Of a DNA stretch of 64,000 nucleotides, positions 1 through 8,957 are shown piece by piece; the first letter of the stretch is position 1; every line of letters starts with the position of its first letter. The stretch covers positions 278 through 64,277 of the forward strand of contig JANPGK010000008.1 in the NCBI GenBank assembly GCA_031423895.1, in the 5' to 3' direction. The notes under the pieces were generated by a model. That model searched no databases and was not told the DNA's origin. It saw only the letters and a list, made by a program, of their open reading frames with translations. Source of the DNA: Hyphomicrobiales bacterium (GTDB lineage: Bacteria; Pseudomonadota; Alphaproteobacteria; Rhizobiales; JANPGK01). The translations under genes and the position numbers were made by a program.

Positions 1-1422
1 AATTTTGGCGTGCCCGAGCTTAATTTATTGAAAGTGTATGAGGATGTGAAAGCGGCTGGGCGGGTGATTAATGCGCTGACGGCAAACGTGCCAGACAGCA
101 TCAAAGAATCTGGCCAATTCGAAGTCAACCGCTACCAATCCATGATGATTCGCGGTGCAAGCCGCGAGGCGATGGCGGCATTTGTGGCCAGCGGCGGGTT
201 TCAAACTACAGGCCGCCTGCGGGAAACGATCGAGAGTGCACAGCGTGCGGGCTATCAGCCCCCCACCTCCGAGATGTTAATGGTGATGCAGCTTGAAGGC
301 GCAGTCTATCATCGCTCGGAAGCGGGCGAAGTGACCATTCAATTCCCATGCCCAACACTGGGTGTGTGCGGCTACACACTGCAGCAGTTTAACGCGATTT
401 TTGGCGATAATGCTAAGAAAATTGCAGTGATGGATGTGCTTGAAAAAGGTGAAGATTATCGCAAAACCATGACGCAACTTGGCATGCAAATTGGGGCAGA
501 TCAAGCGAGCTATTTAGACATGTATTTCCGCACCATGCTACGCTGCGCATGGGAAGAACCCGAAGTCTTCCGCCAATTCATCACAAAATACCCTACGGCA
601 CTCACCTCAGCCGCAAATTTGATGGGGATTGAGTCGACTGCAATTCAGAATATTACGAATGAAGCGTTCCGCGCAGGTTCAACAAAAGCCAGCACTTTGG
701 CAGTTTATAATAATCAACTCAGCACCAATGCACTGTTTTTGGGTAGCCTTGCCAATTCTGTGACAGAAATCAAAATGATTGCTGGCACAGCCTACCGCGC
801 TTATTTGGGCAATGCAGCTGCACAACAAAAAGTGGCAGAGTTCACTGTGCTCACCAATGAGTTTTTGCGGTACGCGGGTGAGCACCCCAATGAAGTGAGC
901 CAAACCATGCTCAACCAATTTGCAGAATATGCAGGGCGTGTGGCAGATGGCGACATTGATGCAATTACCAGTTTGGGGGCAGATTTAGCATTTTTTACAG
1001 CTGTTACAAAAGCAATTAATGCTGGCGCGGCGGCTGGAAGAGTGAGTGCTGGGACTGCAAGTAAGATTATCAATGAAACGCTAACTACGACTATACAAAG
1101 AGGTTTTGATATTTCCAATTTGGAAAGTAAACTATCTATTTATTTGTTAAATCCATCACATCCAAAAAATCAATTCAAGGCAATTTGGTTTGAAAAGGCT
1201 CTGGGGTTTAATCAAAATAATTGGCAACAATTAGCAAATCAGCTATACTTTAATGAAAGTACTGCTGTTTTAAGAAAGACTACACAATACGGAACGGAAT
1301 ATAATCAAATTATTCCAATTACTGGAACAAATGGACGAGTAATAAATGTTGAGTTTGGATTCACAAAGTATGCAGATGGAAAAGTTACTTTTAATACGGG
1401 GATTCCAACAGAGAAAAAATGA
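1..1422 (+). CDS. C-terminal part of a large polymorphic-toxin-like protein (5' end outside window) with an exchangeable AT-rich C-terminal module
   Basis: Frame 1 is open from nt 1, so the gene starts upstream. The sequence turns visibly AT-rich from about nt 1060. The last ~110 aa contain KLSIYLLNPSHPKNQFKAIWFEKALGF, reminiscent of DUF6883-type C-terminal modules of polymorphic toxins. Immunity-like genes follow directly. Confidence 0.55.
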   Translation, partial: NFGVPELNLLKVYEDVKAAGRVINALTANVPDSIKESGQFEVNRYQSMMIRGASREAMAAFVASGGFQTTGRLRETIESAQRAGYQPPTSEMLMVMQLEGAVYHRSEAGEVTIQFPCPTLGVCGYTLQQFNAIFGDNAKKIAVMDVLEKGEDYRKTMTQLGMQIGADQASYLDMYFRTMLRCAWEEPEVFRQFITKYPTALTSAANLMGIESTAIQNITNEAFRAGSTKASTLAVYNNQLSTNALFLGSLANSVTEIKMIAGTAYRAYLGNAAAQQKVAEFTVLTNEFLRYAGEHPNEVSQTMLNQFAEYAGRVADGDIDAITSLGADLAFFTAVTKAINAGAAAGRVSAGTASKIINETLTTTIQRGFDISNLESKLSIYLLNPSHPKNQFKAIWFEKALGFNQNNWQQLANQLYFNESTAVLRKTTQYGTEYNQIIPITGTNGRVINVEFGFTKYADGKVTFNTGIPTEKK

Positions 1423-1697
1423 TGGAAAAGTTTAAGGAGAATGATTTAGCTAAACTTAAAATAGCGGTTCATGGAAAATCCCTCCAGGAACCTTATGATG
1501 ATATTTTAATACCAAAAGAAAGTGTAGGCGTAATATTATCTGTTTTTGATTATCCAAATTTACCACTGGCTTACTTATTAGAGTTTTATTTAAATGATGG
1601 GTATGTTTCTGCAACTGTAGAAGCAAAATACATTATTGGAACTTGTTATAAATCTACTAAAAATGATAAGGCAAATAGACGTAATAGTAAGAAATAA
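1419..1697 (+). CDS. putative cognate immunity protein (92 aa, possibly DUF4926-like)
   Basis: The ATG overlaps the toxin stop (ATGA at 1419-1422). Composition is the same AT-rich type. It is small and sits where a cognate immunity gene would. The family assignment comes only from a remembered pattern. Confidence 0.4.
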   Translation: MMEKFKENDLAKLKIAVHGKSLQEPYDDILIPKESVGVILSVFDYPNLPLAYLLEFYLNDGYVSATVEAKYIIGTCYKSTKNDKANRRNSKK

Positions 1698-1702
1698 ATG
1701 AT

Positions 1703-2161
1703 ATGAGCAAAATCGAAAAAATTCTTAATAATTTTTCTGAGGCAACAGGAACCAAATTGGTTGGTTGTAGCGATAAAGAAATTTTAGACATTGAAAAATA
1801 TTTTGGTGATAATTTACCTAAAGAATATGAGAATTTTATGCGAATTGCTGGGAAAAAAGCAGGTGAATTGTTCGTTGGTTCTGATGTTTTTTATCCAAAT
1901 GTATTAAATACAAAAAGAGGCACTAAAGATTTACTAGAAGAAAATAATCTTGTTGGAATTATACCAGATAATGTCTCTCCATTTTTTATGCATCAAGGTT
2001 ATATAATAAATTTCTTTCTTGATAATTCAGATGATCCTAAAGTTTATGAATTTATGGAAGGAGATGCTAAACCAAAACTTCTATATGATAGATTTTCAGA
2101 ATTTTTAAATGATAATATACAATCGTATATTAAACATTTGTCAATTTTAAAATCATCTTAA
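1703..2161 (+). CDS. SMI1/KNR4 (SUKH-1) family immunity-type protein
   Basis: 152 aa. LPKEYENFMRIAGKKAGELFVGSDVFY and the overall size match SUKH immunity proteins. It starts 5 nt after the previous ORF and is AT-rich. Confidence 0.65.
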   Translation: MSKIEKILNNFSEATGTKLVGCSDKEILDIEKYFGDNLPKEYENFMRIAGKKAGELFVGSDVFYPNVLNTKRGTKDLLEENNLVGIIPDNVSPFFMHQGYIINFFLDNSDDPKVYEFMEGDAKPKLLYDRFSEFLNDNIQSYIKHLSILKSS

Positions 2162-2390
2162 ATGCGCCAATTCCTCTCCCTCCTCCTCTCGCTCTTAATT
2201 CTTTTCAACAGCATCGTGAGCGCGCATGCGCTGCCGTGCGGGCTTTAGGCATGGTGTTCGCTGTCACCAATGGGGCGAAGCTGTTGGCGAGAATGAAGTG
2301 TGTCTATTTGCACCATAGGACACATCCCTTGCGCTTCTATGAGTATATTTGAACTATCATTCGCAGTTAATTCACATTGATTGGCGGAGA

Positions 2391-3323
2391 TCACCTCACC
2401 AACCCCTTGGCCTTTAATTTTTCGCAGGTGGACGTCTCAAGGCGTTTTGGTGTGAACCAGATATAGTCGAACAGTGGCGTTGTAAGGGATGTTTCGTTTG
2501 GGAGTTTCAAATACTCTTGCGGGTTTTTGCTGTCTTTAAGTTCAATAAATGCAACTGAAAGTGTGGTTTTGCCTGTGATGTGGGCGGGGATGGAGCGGTC
2601 TTTTCTCGCGTGGGCGCGGCCAGCGATGATGAGCGCAGGGGAATTTATTTGGGCGGCGCGGGCCATTGATTGATCACGCGCGATTTGCAGCTTTGCCAGC
2701 GGCGCAAGCGCTTCAGGTGTGAGCGTGTTGCAATGCGCGGTTTGCAGTGTGGCGTTCCATGAGTTGGTTTGTGAAGCAGTGATGTTTATTGGCGATTTCC
2801 CCGCGCGAATATCCTGCTGCTCTTGTGCTGGAATATCACCGCCAATGATTGGCCAGCGCGCGCGCATTGCGGCTTCAAACACGGGTTTATACAGGGTAAA
2901 ATCTGGCCAGCCAGAGGCGCGCCAATTCAGCGCTGCGCCCAAATTGGTGGCATCTTCAGGGCTGGATTTGATAAAATCGTCAGCGGTTTGTGTGTGGGTG
3001 CTGTCAAGCATTTCAAGTACAAGCGCGGCATTTTTGCCTTTTTCACTCAGCGCATTGATCAGAAACACCTGCCGGGCGTGATGGTCGGGGTTGCCATGGG
3101 TTTCGCCAATTATTGTTACATCAGCCGCCATAATTTTTGCAACCAATTCTTGTTGTGAGATGGCACTGCGCGCTTGGACATCCCAAATTGTGTTGAGGAG
3201 CGGATGGGCAGGCTCTGCATGAACTGGCGGCGTTTCAAGTGCGACAATAGATAGGTACAAGACCGCTAGGCGGCACATTGTGCGCAGCAGCAAAAAAAAC
3301 GGTTGCAGAAGTTGTTTATGCAT
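2391..3323 (-). CDS. ChaN-family (haem-binding, PF04187-like) periplasmic/lipoprotein
   Basis: Has an N-terminal signal sequence. TIIGETHGNPDHHARQVFLINAL and the downstream pattern are typical of ChaN-like iron-regulated proteins. Confidence 0.7.
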   Translation of the reverse strand: MHKQLLQPFFLLLRTMCRLAVLYLSIVALETPPVHAEPAHPLLNTIWDVQARSAISQQELVAKIMAADVTIIGETHGNPDHHARQVFLINALSEKGKNAALVLEMLDSTHTQTADDFIKSSPEDATNLGAALNWRASGWPDFTLYKPVFEAAMRARWPIIGGDIPAQEQQDIRAGKSPINITASQTNSWNATLQTAHCNTLTPEALAPLAKLQIARDQSMARAAQINSPALIIAGRAHARKDRSIPAHITGKTTLSVAFIELKDSKNPQEYLKLPNETSLTTPLFDYIWFTPKRLETSTCEKLKAKGLVR

Positions 3324-3373
3324 CTTAAGGTTTTATTAATATCTTCTAAAGTTGAAGTCAAGCTGAGTGCCAA

Positions 3374-5722
3374 ATGCGTAGAATGGTGATGTGGGGCGTG
3401 CTGTATTGCGTGATGTGCAGTTTTGCGCAGGCGCAAGCCATTCGCGTGGATGGCAGCACAGCCACCAGTGTGAGTGTGGCGCCAAGTGGCAAACTCACAG
3501 TGCAGATTGCTCCCAAAAATTCTGGCGGCGTCAGCCTCAATAAATATCAAAATTTTAGCGTGCCAAGTGCAGGTGCAACGCTCAATAATAGCGCGCAATC
3601 GGCCAAAGTGATTGTGAATGAGGTCACATCAACCGCGACATCAAGCATTAATGGTGTGCTCGATATTGCGGGTGCGCCTGCGCATGTGATTATTGCGAAC
3701 CCAAATGGCATATCAGTGAATGGTGGGCAATTTGTGGGGTTTGGTGGTGTGGCACTCACCACAGGCGTGCCAAATGTGAGCGGTGGCAATATTGCGCTTT
3801 CCACTACGCAAGGGCGTATTGTTATAGATGGTGCGGGGCTGACGAGCGATGGCGGGCGGCTCGATATCATCGCCAAAGATGTGGAGATTTCAGGGCCAGT
3901 GAATGCTGGTACTGGCGTATTGAACATCATCGCGGGGCATAGCATCCATAATTTTGATGCAAATGCGGCAGCAAGCGATTGGGTGAGTTATCAATCGCAA
4001 ATCCTGCCGTCTCGCACCGATATTGCTCTTACCATTTCTCAAGGCGCGGTGTTGAACGGTGGAGCAATTCGCCTGCGGGTGACAGATCAAGGCGCGGGCG
4101 TGCGCTGGGCGGGCAGTACAACAGCAGGTGCCCAAGGCGTGCGCGTGCAAAGCAATGGCGTGCTGACACTGGCAGGCGTGAATGTGCAAAGCGCAGGCAG
4201 TGTTGAATCGAGCGCCAAAGCAATTGCGACGGATGGCACAGCCCGCACAAATATCACCTCCGGCCAAAGCGGAGTGCGTTTGCTCAGCACATTGGGGGAT
4301 ATTGACCTGTCCAACATTGATATTGCTGCGGTGACGCGCGATGTGAGCAGCTTTGCGCCACTTGGCGGCATAAGTATTGAGGCGGCGCAAAATTTGCGGC
4401 TTGTGGGCACATCAGTTGCGCCTTCAACATTGAATGTGAGCGGTGATAGCCTTGCCCTCACAGCGCAAGGGGCGATGTTTATTGACTATGTGACAGCCAG
4501 TGCTGTTGGCACGCAATCGAGCATTATCAATGCTGGTGGTGTAGCAACTTTCAATAATTCCGCGCTGAATTTCAATGCGGTGTCGCTGTTGTCGCAAGGC
4601 GATGTAGCAGTAAATAGCACGAATGTAATCGCGCAAAATGGCGCGAATTTTACGGCGCCATCATTTGTCTTCACCTCTAACCCGCTTACACAAAATACAC
4701 TGCAAAGTGTTGGGGCGGGCGTAAGTATAGTGGCGCAAACCGGTGATATTCACAATAATGGCATGCTCATCAAAGGTTATGCAACAACCGCGGGGGATTC
4801 CAATAGTAAAGGCGGGCTGACCTTACTGGCGCCGAACGGCAATATTCTCAACACAAGTGTGAACGGCACTGCGCTTGGCACGTTAAGTGCGGATATTGAG
4901 GCATTAGTGTTAGAGGCTGGTGGGTATATTCGCAATTTATCAGGTAAGTTATTGTCTAATAATGCCATCACACTCACATCCACAGGTGAGGTGCGGAGTG
5001 AAACACTGATGCAAGGCACGGCAGATGTGCAAAATCGCACTAGCAGTTTGGCATTGGGGTTGGGCACAAAACAGGTCCATTCTGCATTTTACCCTGCACA
5101 ACTGATCGCTAATGAACGCGCCACAATTTCAGCTGGAGAAGATTTGACGATCAACGCGGCGTCACTCACCAATAGTGCTGGCATTGTGGAGGGGCGCAAA
5201 GTGAATATCACAACCACAGGTGATGTGCGCTCATCCAGCGTGGTGAGTGGTGATGCGTATTTTCGGCGGCGCTGCATGATCTTCTGCCGCGCAACAGGCC
5301 ACGCCAATATAGCACTGGTGGAAGGCAGGCTCACCTCGCAAGACACACTCACCATTTTGGCAGGCGGCACGATTGAAAGCCTTGGTGCAATCTTTATTGG
5401 TGGGCTCGATACGCAGTTAACGGCCGCGCATGTAAGGTTTGGCAGTGTGCTGTATCCATCGCTGATGTTCCGCCCTGCTGGTGTGCTTGGTGCGTTTCAT
5501 GGCAATGATGGGTGGGCGAGCTTGGCGTATAATGGCGGGTTTGTGTCGTCCACGCTCGGTGCAATCAACATCGCTTCGCCTGATATAGTTTATGAGGGCG
5601 TGAATGTCGCGGCGTTTGGCGGGGTGACAACAAGCTCAACAGTACTCAAGCGCACCGTGCCAATTGGTGCAGGGATTATCAAACCGCGCCCCATTGGCTT
5701 TTTTGCTGGGGTGCTGAAATGA
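3374..5722 (+). CDS. two-partner-secretion exoprotein (TpsA, filamentous-haemagglutinin-type N-terminal TPS domain), 782 aa
   Basis: Signal peptide ending SFAQAQA. TPS-domain motifs NKYQNFSVPSAGATLNN and HVIIANPNGISVNGGQF. The remainder is beta-helix-like and rich in G/A/S/T/N/V. The stop overlaps the tpsB start (ATGA 5719-5722). Confidence 0.85.
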   Translation: MRRMVMWGVLYCVMCSFAQAQAIRVDGSTATSVSVAPSGKLTVQIAPKNSGGVSLNKYQNFSVPSAGATLNNSAQSAKVIVNEVTSTATSSINGVLDIAGAPAHVIIANPNGISVNGGQFVGFGGVALTTGVPNVSGGNIALSTTQGRIVIDGAGLTSDGGRLDIIAKDVEISGPVNAGTGVLNIIAGHSIHNFDANAAASDWVSYQSQILPSRTDIALTISQGAVLNGGAIRLRVTDQGAGVRWAGSTTAGAQGVRVQSNGVLTLAGVNVQSAGSVESSAKAIATDGTARTNITSGQSGVRLLSTLGDIDLSNIDIAAVTRDVSSFAPLGGISIEAAQNLRLVGTSVAPSTLNVSGDSLALTAQGAMFIDYVTASAVGTQSSIINAGGVATFNNSALNFNAVSLLSQGDVAVNSTNVIAQNGANFTAPSFVFTSNPLTQNTLQSVGAGVSIVAQTGDIHNNGMLIKGYATTAGDSNSKGGLTLLAPNGNILNTSVNGTALGTLSADIEALVLEAGGYIRNLSGKLLSNNAITLTSTGEVRSETLMQGTADVQNRTSSLALGLGTKQVHSAFYPAQLIANERATISAGEDLTINAASLTNSAGIVEGRKVNITTTGDVRSSSVVSGDAYFRRRCMIFCRATGHANIALVEGRLTSQDTLTILAGGTIESLGAIFIGGLDTQLTAAHVRFGSVLYPSLMFRPAGVLGAFHGNDGWASLAYNGGFVSSTLGAINIASPDIVYEGVNVAAFGGVTTSSTVLKRTVPIGAGIIKPRPIGFFAGVLK

Positions 5723-7407
5723 GAATTTCATTTGCGCATTTAAGTGTATTTTGCTTTTTCTTGGGTGTCAGCCCTGTTTTGGCCCAACAAGATCTCGGTC
5801 TCGATTTGCTCAAGGCGCAAACACAGGCGCAGCGTTTGCAACATTTAGAGCGTGGGCAACAGGGCAATGCACTGGCGGGTGAGCAAGCCCCCACTGCCAA
5901 AAGCCCAGTGTGCTTTGATATTCACCACATTAATATTACGGGTGTAAATGCGCTGCCAGCGAGCCAAGTGGCGGAATTTGCCAAACCCTATCGTGGTACA
6001 TGCATGGGGCAGTTTGAGATTGAAGCGCTGATCACGAGTGTTAAAAATGCCTATATCAAGCGCGGCTTAATCACCACCCAATTGGTTGTGCCGCCGCAAG
6101 ATTTAAAATCGGGCACGCTCAACATGCAGGTGGTGGAAGGCATGGTGGAGCGGTTGGAATATTACCGCGTGTGGGATGCTAAAAATACCGCTCGCCCTGC
6201 CACACGATTGGCGCGCGACATAGCCTTTCCCTATGTGGAGGGGTATCAGCTCAATTTGCGTGATATTGAGCAAGGCATTGCACAAATCAATCGCAATTCT
6301 GCCTCGCAAGCCACGGTGGATATTTTGCCTGGCACGCAAGTGGGCACTAGCGTGGTGCGGGTGATTGAGCGCAAAACGGCACGGTTTCACCCCAGTTTTG
6401 GCTTTGATACGCGCGGCAGCAAAGATGTGGGGCATAATCGCATAAAACTTGGCTTTGAGATGCAAGATGCGATTTACCCCTTTGATGCGTGGAATTTTAC
6501 CTATTCTGGCACGCGTGCCTCCAACGCGTTGGCGGGGTCAGTGAGTTTGCCTCTGGGGTATTTCACTCTGCAGGCCAATGGTTCCTATTCCGAGCAAGAC
6601 AAGGCTGTTTCTGTGCTGGCCAATAGTTTTTCGCAAACGGGCACGGGTTCGGTGGCGATTGATCGGGTGATGTATCGCGACCAAAACATGATTTTCCACC
6701 TCAATCAATCTATGAACAGTTATTGGGGGCAAAGCAGCATCAATGCGGCGCGGCTGACACCACAACGCTTTTCATGGCTGCGCTCTAGTGCGAATGTGGA
6801 ATATTTTTTGGAGAAAACCAAATTTGTGGCCGATGTTGGGGTGAGTTATGGCCTGCCGCAAATGGCGGGTGGCTCGGCCGAGTTTGGTGGGGATCAATTC
6901 ACACCACGCGCAAATTTTAAAAAATTGGATGCAGCACTCGTGGCCATTCACAGTTTTGGCGAGAATTGACAGGCGGTTGCGCAGCTGAATGGTCAATATG
7001 CCCCGCGTGTGCTGTTCAGCCCACAAGCCTTAGGCCTCACCAGTTTTGAGGCCGTGCGTGGGTTCAGGGACATTTCACTGCAAGGTGATGTGGGCGGCTA
7101 TGGGCGTGTGGAGGTGCAAAAGAGTTTTGCGCTGATGCAGCCACTGGAAAAAGGAAAATCACCTGATTTATTATATCAAACGCAAGCTAAACTCGGCCAA
7201 AGCGCATCTCTATTTGGTTTTGTTGATGGCGGCGTGTTGCGACGCTATTCCACCCATTCAGGCGATCAATTGCTTTCCACTGGGCTAGGTGCACGCCTTA
7301 ATGGCGCCAACTTAAGCCTAGATGCCGTGCTGGCCGTGCCACTTATTCACCCTACTACGTTTAAGGGGAAACCCGAGCTTACCATGTCACTCACCTATAA
7401 ATTCTAA
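5719..7407 (+). pseudogene. ShlB/FhaC/HecB-family TpsB outer-membrane transporter interrupted by one in-frame TGA (6967-6969)
   Basis: POTRA region CFDIHHINITGVNALP...LNMQVVEGMVERLEY, and barrel motif LFSPQALGLTSFEAVRGF after the stop. Track ORFs 5719-6969 and 7009-7407 share frame 1. Together they give about 560 codons, a normal TpsB length. Confidence 0.75.
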
Positions 7408-7418
7408 AGGAGCATCCC

Positions 7419-8219
7419 ATGAACCGCATTCTTATCACAACATTACTGGCAACTGTGTGCTTCAGCGCAGCTTTTGCAACGCCACTGCAAGATGGCCTGA
7501 AAGCCATTGATGCCAAGGATTACCCCAAAGCCAGCAAGCTATTGGCAGAAGCTTTTGAAAAGGGCGAGCCAGATGCCGCATTTTATATGGGGCGATTGTT
7601 AGAGGTGGGGATTGATGGCAAAGCCGACCCACAAGCGGCTGTGGCAATGTATGCGGCGGGCGCTGCCAAAAACAGTGCGATGGCCAAAAACCGCCTTGGC
7701 GTTCTGCACATGGAAGGCACAGGTGTGTTGCAAGATTATGAGCAAGGCAAAAAGCTCATTTGTGAAGCCGCAGAAGCGGGTGACGCCAATGCGCAGTTCA
7801 ATTGTGGTGCGCTCTATGATCAAGGCAAAGGCGTGACCAAAGACACAAAAAAAGCCATGGATTGGTATAAAAAATCAGCTGAAAAAGGCAATATTGCGGC
7901 CAAAAATAGCCTCGGAATTATTTATGCTGATGGTGCGGAAAAAGACACCACAAAGGCATTCCAAGTCTGGCAGCAAACCGCCGCTGTTGGCAATCCATTT
8001 GGTTTATTTCGTTTGGGAGATGCCTATGGGCGCGGTGTTGGCACTCCTAAAGACCTTGTGAAGGCGCATGCATATCTCAATCTCGCTTCTGCACGCGGTG
8101 TGAATGAAGCACAGGCCATTCGTGCGGAGCTTGAAAAGCAACTCACACCTGAACAAATTACCCAAGCCCAGCAAATCGCCCGCAGCTGGAAACCAGTGGA
8201 GGATAAGGGAAAGAAGTGA
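7419..8219 (+). CDS. secreted Sel1-repeat (TPR-like) protein
   Basis: Signal peptide MNRILITTLLATVCFSAAFA. Contains repeated Sel1 units (AFYMGRLLEVG, NRLGVLHMEGTGV, QFNCGALYDQGKGV, AMDWYKKSAEKGN, NSLGIIYADG). Confidence 0.85.
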   Translation: MNRILITTLLATVCFSAAFATPLQDGLKAIDAKDYPKASKLLAEAFEKGEPDAAFYMGRLLEVGIDGKADPQAAVAMYAAGAAKNSAMAKNRLGVLHMEGTGVLQDYEQGKKLICEAAEAGDANAQFNCGALYDQGKGVTKDTKKAMDWYKKSAEKGNIAAKNSLGIIYADGAEKDTTKAFQVWQQTAAVGNPFGLFRLGDAYGRGVGTPKDLVKAHAYLNLASARGVNEAQAIRAELEKQLTPEQITQAQQIARSWKPVEDKGKK

Positions 8220-8296
8220 GAAAAAACGCGAAAATTAATGAGTTCTGAGCCTAAGCAATCCACGTGCATGTGGATTGCAACAGCAGCACATTCTTG

Positions 8297-8947
8297 CTAT
8301 TTGCCTTGTAACTGCTGCACAGCTGTGGTTAGCGCCGCGCCTTGATGCTTCAATAGCCATGAGCCCGACACCAGCACATTTGCGCCTGCCGCTACGCACT
8401 GTGCGCCTGTGATGTCGTTCACGCCGCCATCCACCTCAATATCAATTGCCCGATTTCCAATCATCCCGCGCAGTGCGGCAATTTTGGGCAATACCGATGG
8501 AATAAACGCTTGCCCACCAAAGCCAGGGTTTACGGTCATGGCTAAGATCAAGTCCACGTCGTCTAACACATGAGCCACGGCGCTTTCGGGAGTGGCCGGG
8601 TTGAGGGCAACACCGGCTTTTTTGCCCAGTTCTCGTACCATTTGCAGGGCGCGGTTCAAATGCGGTGTGGCCTCGGCATGCACGGTGATGATATCGGCAC
8701 CCGCCGCCGCAAATTCCGCAATGTAAGGCTCAACAGGCGAGATCATCAAATGCACATCAAACTGCATTTTTGTATGCGGGCGCAGCGCCTTCAAAATGGC
8801 AGAGCCATAGCTGATGTTCGGCACAAAATGGCCATCCATAATGTCGAAATGCAGCCATGGGCAGCCAGCCGCTTCCAACCGCTTAACATCGGCCAACAGA
8901 TTGCTGAAATCGGCAGCCAATAGGGATGGGGAAATGATAATGCTCAT
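8297..8947 (-). CDS. rpe: ribulose-phosphate 3-epimerase
   Basis: PSLLAADFSNLLADVKRLEAAGCPWLHFDIMDGHFVPNISYG and a full-length match to the Rpe pattern. Confidence 0.95.
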   Translation of the reverse strand: MSIIISPSLLAADFSNLLADVKRLEAAGCPWLHFDIMDGHFVPNISYGSAILKALRPHTKMQFDVHLMISPVEPYIAEFAAAGADIITVHAEATPHLNRALQMVRELGKKAGVALNPATPESAVAHVLDDVDLILAMTVNPGFGGQAFIPSVLPKIAALRGMIGNRAIDIEVDGGVNDITGAQCVAAGANVLVSGSWLLKHQGAALTTAVQQLQGK

Positions 8948-8957
8948 TTGAAACTTC

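Noticed and set aside
2162-2248. 28-codon ORF MRQFLSLLLSLLILFNSIVSAHALPCGL* that resembles a signal peptide, directly after the SUKH gene
   Set aside because: It is too short and ends right after the putative cleavage region. It may be a remnant of a truncated secreted-protein gene, but there is no way to support that from the sequence alone.
3324-3373. Fur-box-like AT-rich sequence (TTTTATTAATATCTTCT) between chaN and tpsA
   Set aside because: The resemblance to the GATAATGATAATCATTATC consensus is weak. Many alphaproteobacteria also use Irr/RirA rather than a classical Fur box. This is not supportable by eye.
6967-6969. Possibility that the in-frame TGA in tpsB is decoded (code 4, selenocysteine or Trp recoding)
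   Set aside because: TGA clearly terminates well-conserved genes in this window (tpsA at 5720-5722, dapF at 60547-60549, the toxin ORF at 1420-1422). No SECIS-like hairpin is evident immediately downstream. A nonsense mutation or a sequencing error is more parsimonious.
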